Virus record (IMG/VR): IMGVR_UViG_3300023440_000003
Span: 15,588-79,587 of that record
Length of the DNA stretch: 64,000 nucleotides
Strand: one strand, 5' to 3'
Source: a virus
Positions 59,680 to 64,000 of this stretch are shown in pieces. The notes below the pieces were generated by a model. The model ran no database searches. It worked only from the letters and a program-made list of their open reading frames with translations, and was not told the origin of the DNA. The position numbers were made by a program, and so were the translations under genes. Positions within the stretch are counted from its first letter, which is position 1; each line of letters begins with the position of its first letter.

Positions 59680-60275
59680 ATTTCTTCTCCCATAAAGAAT
59701 TTTGGTACATAAACGTTCTTAGATACTTTACTAACAGCATCTTGTATTGCGGCTTTAATATATTCAGGATTATTTACTTCAACTCTAGTAACTTCCAATG
59801 TATTTTTATCTTTTTCACTAAATATGATCGTATACTTATCCGTGGCTGCTATAAATCTTTTACTTGGCTCTATGCCGAAGATATTCTTAAATTTTTCTAC
59901 TTCATAATATATATCCTCATCAGTAGCTTCTACCGGAATTTCTATAAATCCTATTGTTTTACCGGTGAATTGACTAAAAGTCATTATTCTACAATCATCT
60001 ATTAATACAGCGTCGAATATTCTACTAGCAAATTGTATTGATGGATATATAGCGTCTTTAAACTTTCTATCTATAATCGGTTTACATATCTCTAACTTTC
60101 CTACTGGGATAATTTTATCATTGTTTATTTTAAAGCTTCCTTTAACTACCGTCTTTACTAATCTATCCATATTAACTACGTCGTTTTCTTTAATATCGAT
60201 TGATATCTTGTTGTTTATATTGCCATAATTATAGATTTCTAAATTGGACCCACTGAGTATCGCCACTCGAATCAT
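59676..60275 (-). CDS. Hypothetical protein (expanded family)
   Basis: VVKGSF motif; SD AGGAGG. Confidence 0.65.
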   Translation of the reverse strand: MIRVAILSGSNLEIYNYGNINNKISIDIKENDVVNMDRLVKTVVKGSFKINNDKIIPVGKLEICKPIIDRKFKDAIYPSIQFASRIFDAVLIDDCRIMTFSQFTGKTIGFIEIPVEATDEDIYYEVEKFKNIFGIEPSKRFIAATDKYTIIFSEKDKNTLEVTRVEVNNPEYIKAAIQDAVSKVSKNVYVPKFFMGEEI

Positions 60276-60305
60276 CCAATCCTCCTGCCCATGATTTTTT
60301 CTACA

Positions 60306-60379
60306 CCATCTGAGCGGGCCACTCAGATGGCCGAATAGCTAAAAGCGGGTAGGAAGGGGAATTCCCCCCTTCCTACCCG
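60306..60379 (-). promoter_or_regulatory. Double-hairpin leader with internal terminator-like element
   Basis: 14-bp stem at 60346-60379, then TTTTAGCTA, then a 9-bp stem at 60306-60330. Confidence 0.6.
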
Positions 60380-60421
60380 TGTTACTAATCAAAATTTACT
60401 ACCCTGTTTTTTATTTCTTAC

Positions 60422-60461
60422 CTTATAACATAAACAATCCGTAGCTGTTTCGTGTTAAAAG
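60422..60461. promoter_or_regulatory. Divergent class-B motifs TGTTATAAG (-) and TGTTAAAAG (+)
   Basis: Located in the divergent intergenic gap. Confidence 0.5.
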
Positions 60462-60490
60462 AAATAAAATTAACTGGAAGGAGGTGATTC

Positions 60491-61204
60491 ATGGAGAGAA
60501 AACTTATTTTATTTCGACCACCTAAAAATGGTGATTTATATGTAGAAGTTTCATTTAAAGCTGATGATGGTGCAGCATGGACTGAACCCTGGTTACGTAA
60601 CTCATTTACTAATACTGGTTATGGTGATCTGCTAGGAAACACAACGTTTTTAGATTTGATAGAGGCTAGTTTGTATGGTTATTATGAAATCTATGGAGAT
60701 ACTTCATTTTATATGCGTAACGTTAATATATTCAATCAAGGTATTATACACATGTCTTCTGGTTTTATTAGTCAACGACTCGTCAGAGAGATTGAATCAG
60801 GAATATTTGATATAAAAATAAAGAAGCACGGGGAATCTATATACATTATATTACCAGAAAGAAGCAAGATAGCAGATTTCAGAAAAAATTATCAGGAACA
60901 TTATATGATATGCATACCTTCTGAAAACTATTCTAGAGAAACTGTAGATTACATTAAAAGTCAGGTAAGTATTTATTTTCCGAAAATAAAAGTTGAAAAA
61001 ATATTGTGCGAAGTAAAGATTGCTTTGGAGACTATAGTAATGCTAGAAGAAACAGCTCCAGGACATCTTATGTACAACGCAGAATATTCTTTAATAAATC
61101 ATGATGTCACTTATAAAGAGGTGAAAAAAGCTTTCAACACTCCAGTGACTATAGAAATGCCTGCTATTATATTTGGAGGTGATCATGATTTTGAAGAGTT
61201 CTGA
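60491..61204 (+). CDS. Hypothetical protein (expanded family)
   Basis: Strong SD; LYGYYEI. Confidence 0.65.
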   Translation: MERKLILFRPPKNGDLYVEVSFKADDGAAWTEPWLRNSFTNTGYGDLLGNTTFLDLIEASLYGYYEIYGDTSFYMRNVNIFNQGIIHMSSGFISQRLVREIESGIFDIKIKKHGESIYIILPERSKIADFRKNYQEHYMICIPSENYSRETVDYIKSQVSIYFPKIKVEKILCEVKIALETIVMLEETAPGHLMYNAEYSLINHDVTYKEVKKAFNTPVTIEMPAIIFGGDHDFEEF

Positions 61205-61667
61205 TAAGTTCGTATTCTTTGGTGAAGTGGTAAGTATGAATATTACATTTATAAATCCATGTGAAACTGGTTTATTAACTAAGATCTGCATAATTCCCGA
61301 CCCTAAATATGGCAGACTGATAAACATTACTCATAAAAAGGATATGATTCAGGAGTACTATACTTTAGAACGAGTACATGTGCAGAGATGCAAAGATATT
61401 AAAGGATTTATATCAGGAGAATTTTTCTTTAATGGCACAGATTTTATACTTCTGAGAACGGGTCTCAGAATAAAAGAGGATGTTCCTATAATTGCTAAAG
61501 TGTCTTATTCTGCTATTGGACAAGTAACTACAGATGTGTTTGATCTTTTGCTGGAACGTAGTATTCGCATTCTGAATTCTACTAATCATACTATATATAG
61601 TGATAATATAGTCAATGCTATAAGAAAGTTGATGAAACGATCAAAAAGACAGGGAGGAACTGCATGA
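61185..61667 (+). CDS. Hypothetical protein (expanded family)
   Basis: GGAGGTG SD before ATG 61185; KDIKGFISGEF. Confidence 0.6.
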   Translation: MILKSSDKFVFFGEVVSMNITFINPCETGLLTKICIIPDPKYGRLINITHKKDMIQEYYTLERVHVQRCKDIKGFISGEFFFNGTDFILLRTGLRIKEDVPIIAKVSYSAIGQVTTDVFDLLLERSIRILNSTNHTIYSDNIVNAIRKLMKRSKRQGGTA

Positions 61668-61846
61668 AAAGATCTTTTTTGGTGCGAATATATAAACACA
61701 AAATTTATATAACCATATCAAATGTAAACGAGCCAACTCGCTTACTCAGGAAAATGGGAATAATCATTTATTCTTATAATTTTTCAGATAATAGTCCAAT
61801 ATTTATGCTTCCTAATACTGTTTTGTCTAAATTAGAATCAAAATGA
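61664..61846 (+). CDS. Hypothetical protein
   Basis: Coupled 60-aa ORF with SD. Confidence 0.55.
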   Translation: MKRSFLVRIYKHKIYITISNVNEPTRLLRKMGIIIYSYNFSDNSPIFMLPNTVLSKLESK

Positions 61847-62508
61847 TTACCAGAACAATTACTGTTAGCGTATCACCATTAACCTTGACTATTTCATTAG
61901 ATTATCCTTCTACATTGTATGATTTAGCAACTAAACATGAAATCATGGTGTTTCCTTTTTTAGGATATACTGATGTAGTAAAAGTAAAAGATAACACTTT
62001 AATCAAAGATGTTATTAATTGTATTGTCATAGGTGAAGTTGAAATACATAATGATTCTCTTGAAATACTCAGCTCAAGTTTGAGAATTCTATGTAAGGAA
62101 GTTATATACAAGATAGGTGATCCCTCCGATCCTGATGTTAAAGTCTGGATTGGCCCAAATAAGCGCAATAATTGGATTTCTAACATAATTCTCCCATCGG
62201 AATATGAAATGAAGAAACTAAATATAAAAACTATTTATAATCTGAAATGTGACATCGTTTCTTATACGCCAGACTTCACAGAAAAAGCTACTGAACTAGT
62301 AAAACCCATACTATCCAACTTCAACGGTTTTGATCAAGTAGTGGCTTATTATAGATTATCTGCATCTACTAGTATACCATTTTATGAAAAATATCCTGGA
62401 TATTTGGTAATCCATCCCGACATTAAAATGACACCAAAAATTATCAAGCCAAAATTAAATAAAGGAGTGACAGTAGAACTGCATGATAAAGTAATACGAA
62501 AGTTGTAA
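61843..62508 (+). CDS. Hypothetical protein (expanded family)
   Basis: IKDVINCIVIGEV. Confidence 0.65.
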   Translation: MITRTITVSVSPLTLTISLDYPSTLYDLATKHEIMVFPFLGYTDVVKVKDNTLIKDVINCIVIGEVEIHNDSLEILSSSLRILCKEVIYKIGDPSDPDVKVWIGPNKRNNWISNIILPSEYEMKKLNIKTIYNLKCDIVSYTPDFTEKATELVKPILSNFNGFDQVVAYYRLSASTSIPFYEKYPGYLVIHPDIKMTPKIIKPKLNKGVTVELHDKVIRKL

Positions 62509-62565
62509 GTTTTGATGTTATAAGACATAAAAAGTGCTACAAAATTTTTCTAAAGGGGGTGAAAC

Positions 62566-63348
62566 ATGAAGGTACGAATAAAAGAAGATTTTCTTAGAGA
62601 TCCTTTTGTTATAGAAACTATTGATACTATCAGACATATAGTTGTAAGTTTTACTTACGACCAAAATATGTATCTAAATGTATCATCAAAATTCGAACCT
62701 TTAAAAACGGAATCTTATGACAAAAGAACATTCTCATTTTACGTTAGTGAAAGAGGATCCTTTAATTATCGACTTATGAAAATAGAGAAGTTACTCCCTG
62801 TTTTAATAAAAGGTTCGTTCTACATTGATGTACAGGAATCGGAATTTATTATAGATGGAGCATGGAGCTCATCTCATATTTTTGTTTACGATAAAACCTT
62901 ATCCATGCCAAGGTATCTATTTGATTCTGAAGATAGACATCTGAAAGAAGTATTCGATGTTATGCTAGAATGGGATCAGACCCATTGGTTTATCTTACCC
63001 GAACCAAATACAATACAATTTAAAAAGAACATATTTAAAATTTATGCACCCATTACAGCTTTCGGGATACGTGAGAATTTAAGATTGGCAGCTAACAATA
63101 TCTTCAAATATTTTGGGATCAAAAAATACAAGCCGATGTTATATTTCAGACTTTATTATGATAATGAAGCTAAATTATTGTTCAAACTTATAGAAAAAGA
63201 GAAAGTATTAGAGTTAGTTAATGTAAGGTCGTATGATAGCAACTATACAATTACCTACAAAGATTTAACAAAATATATATATGAACGTTACGGTAGTTAT
63301 CTTGAAGATGATTACGAAATTTATGTACCTACTGTATTGAATCTATAA
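62566..63348 (+). CDS. Hypothetical protein (expanded family)
   Basis: NMYLNVSSKF, LIKGSF; TGTTATAAG at 62516-62524. Confidence 0.65.
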   Translation: MKVRIKEDFLRDPFVIETIDTIRHIVVSFTYDQNMYLNVSSKFEPLKTESYDKRTFSFYVSERGSFNYRLMKIEKLLPVLIKGSFYIDVQESEFIIDGAWSSSHIFVYDKTLSMPRYLFDSEDRHLKEVFDVMLEWDQTHWFILPEPNTIQFKKNIFKIYAPITAFGIRENLRLAANNIFKYFGIKKYKPMLYFRLYYDNEAKLLFKLIEKEKVLELVNVRSYDSNYTITYKDLTKYIYERYGSYLEDDYEIYVPTVLNL

Positions 63349-64000
63349 ATGCTATTAGATACAGGAAACAAGAAATATTTCACAACAGGACTCATAAGAA
63401 CTTTAATATTCAGTATCACCAGACATGGAAATATGTATCTTCATGTTAAAAGCAGATTTAGAGCATCTTATTTCATATATGAAGCAGATCCTTACCTTGA
63501 AGGTAAAAAAATAAACCCTGATTATATAAGTAAGATTACTCAGTGTGATCGTAAGACTATGACTTTGAAAGATATTAATCATAATGTAGTCTATGGAGAT
63601 TTCAAGTATGTGAATGGTGAGTTTATCCCTATAAATAAGATATACACTATCAACTTAGCTGATTCTATAATCAATACCAGAATTAAACCGGTAATTCATG
63701 AAAGGTATCCATATCGACTTATAGAGATATTCAAAATGCTGCAGGAAGTAGGATGGAATATAGGATTGTTATCTATGCATCTGACGATAAAGTTTGATCA
63801 GGAACCTGCTTTAGAATGTGATTGCTTCACTTATGAAGGTGCATATGAGCCTAATACACATGCCTATATGGATAAGATTGTAATAACAATAACTCCAAAG
63901 TTGTCAAGGTTATCAGACAATGACACTAAAATAGATAAGCTCTATGAAATATTCAAAGACTTAGATAAGATGCCAACATCATATGACACAAAAAGTTTAA
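63349..64000 (+). CDS. Hypothetical protein (expanded family), 3'-truncated, absent from the ORF track
   Basis: Open from ATG 63349 to the window end; NMYLHVKSRF and LKDINHNVVYGDF. Confidence 0.7.
   Translation, partial: MLLDTGNKKYFTTGLIRTLIFSITRHGNMYLHVKSRFRASYFIYEADPYLEGKKINPDYISKITQCDRKTMTLKDINHNVVYGDFKYVNGEFIPINKIYTINLADSIINTRIKPVIHERYPYRLIEIFKMLQEVGWNIGLLSMHLTIKFDQEPALECDCFTYEGAYEPNTHAYMDKIVITITPKLSRLSDNDTKIDKLYEIFKDLDKMPTSYDTKSL

Noticed and set aside
1-64000. CRISPR array, tRNA genes, integrase or transposase
   Set aside because: No regularly spaced repeats, cloverleafs or recombinase motifs seen by eye; a tRNA scan was not run.

Overview
AT-rich segment of a large, probably jumbo, contractile-tailed bacteriophage. 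The host is a peptidoglycan-bearing bacterium, likely thermophilic. The window holds most virion morphogenesis genes: portal (5'-truncated), tape measure, GpA-type terminase large subunit, prohead protease, scaffolds, major capsid, neck, sheath, tube, spike and fibre-like proteins. It also encodes an amidase, a SNF2 helicase, a RuvC-like resolvase, a glycosyltransferase and a methyltransferase. Unusual content: (1) a single-chain beta/beta-prime RNA polymerase whose catalytic DxDGD loop is split by an intein with the boundary Asn and Asp apparently swapped (DYDGN|S...YD|T); (2) a three-domain LigD with an intein in its phosphoesterase site; (3) an orphan retron-like reverse transcriptase (RT) head-to-head with the polymerase gene; (4) an unassigned ~270-nt GC-rich multi-hairpin ncRNA; (5) a recurring hydrophobic-x-K-x-A motif on capsid, scaffold, glycine-zipper and LigD proteins, suggesting a head-targeting/maturation code; (6) two promoter-like classes (TGnTAnnnT before structural genes, nGnTATAAG before non-structural genes), suggesting a virion RNAP for early genes and host RNAP for late genes. 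All assignments come from reading motifs by eye; no database searches or folding programs were run.
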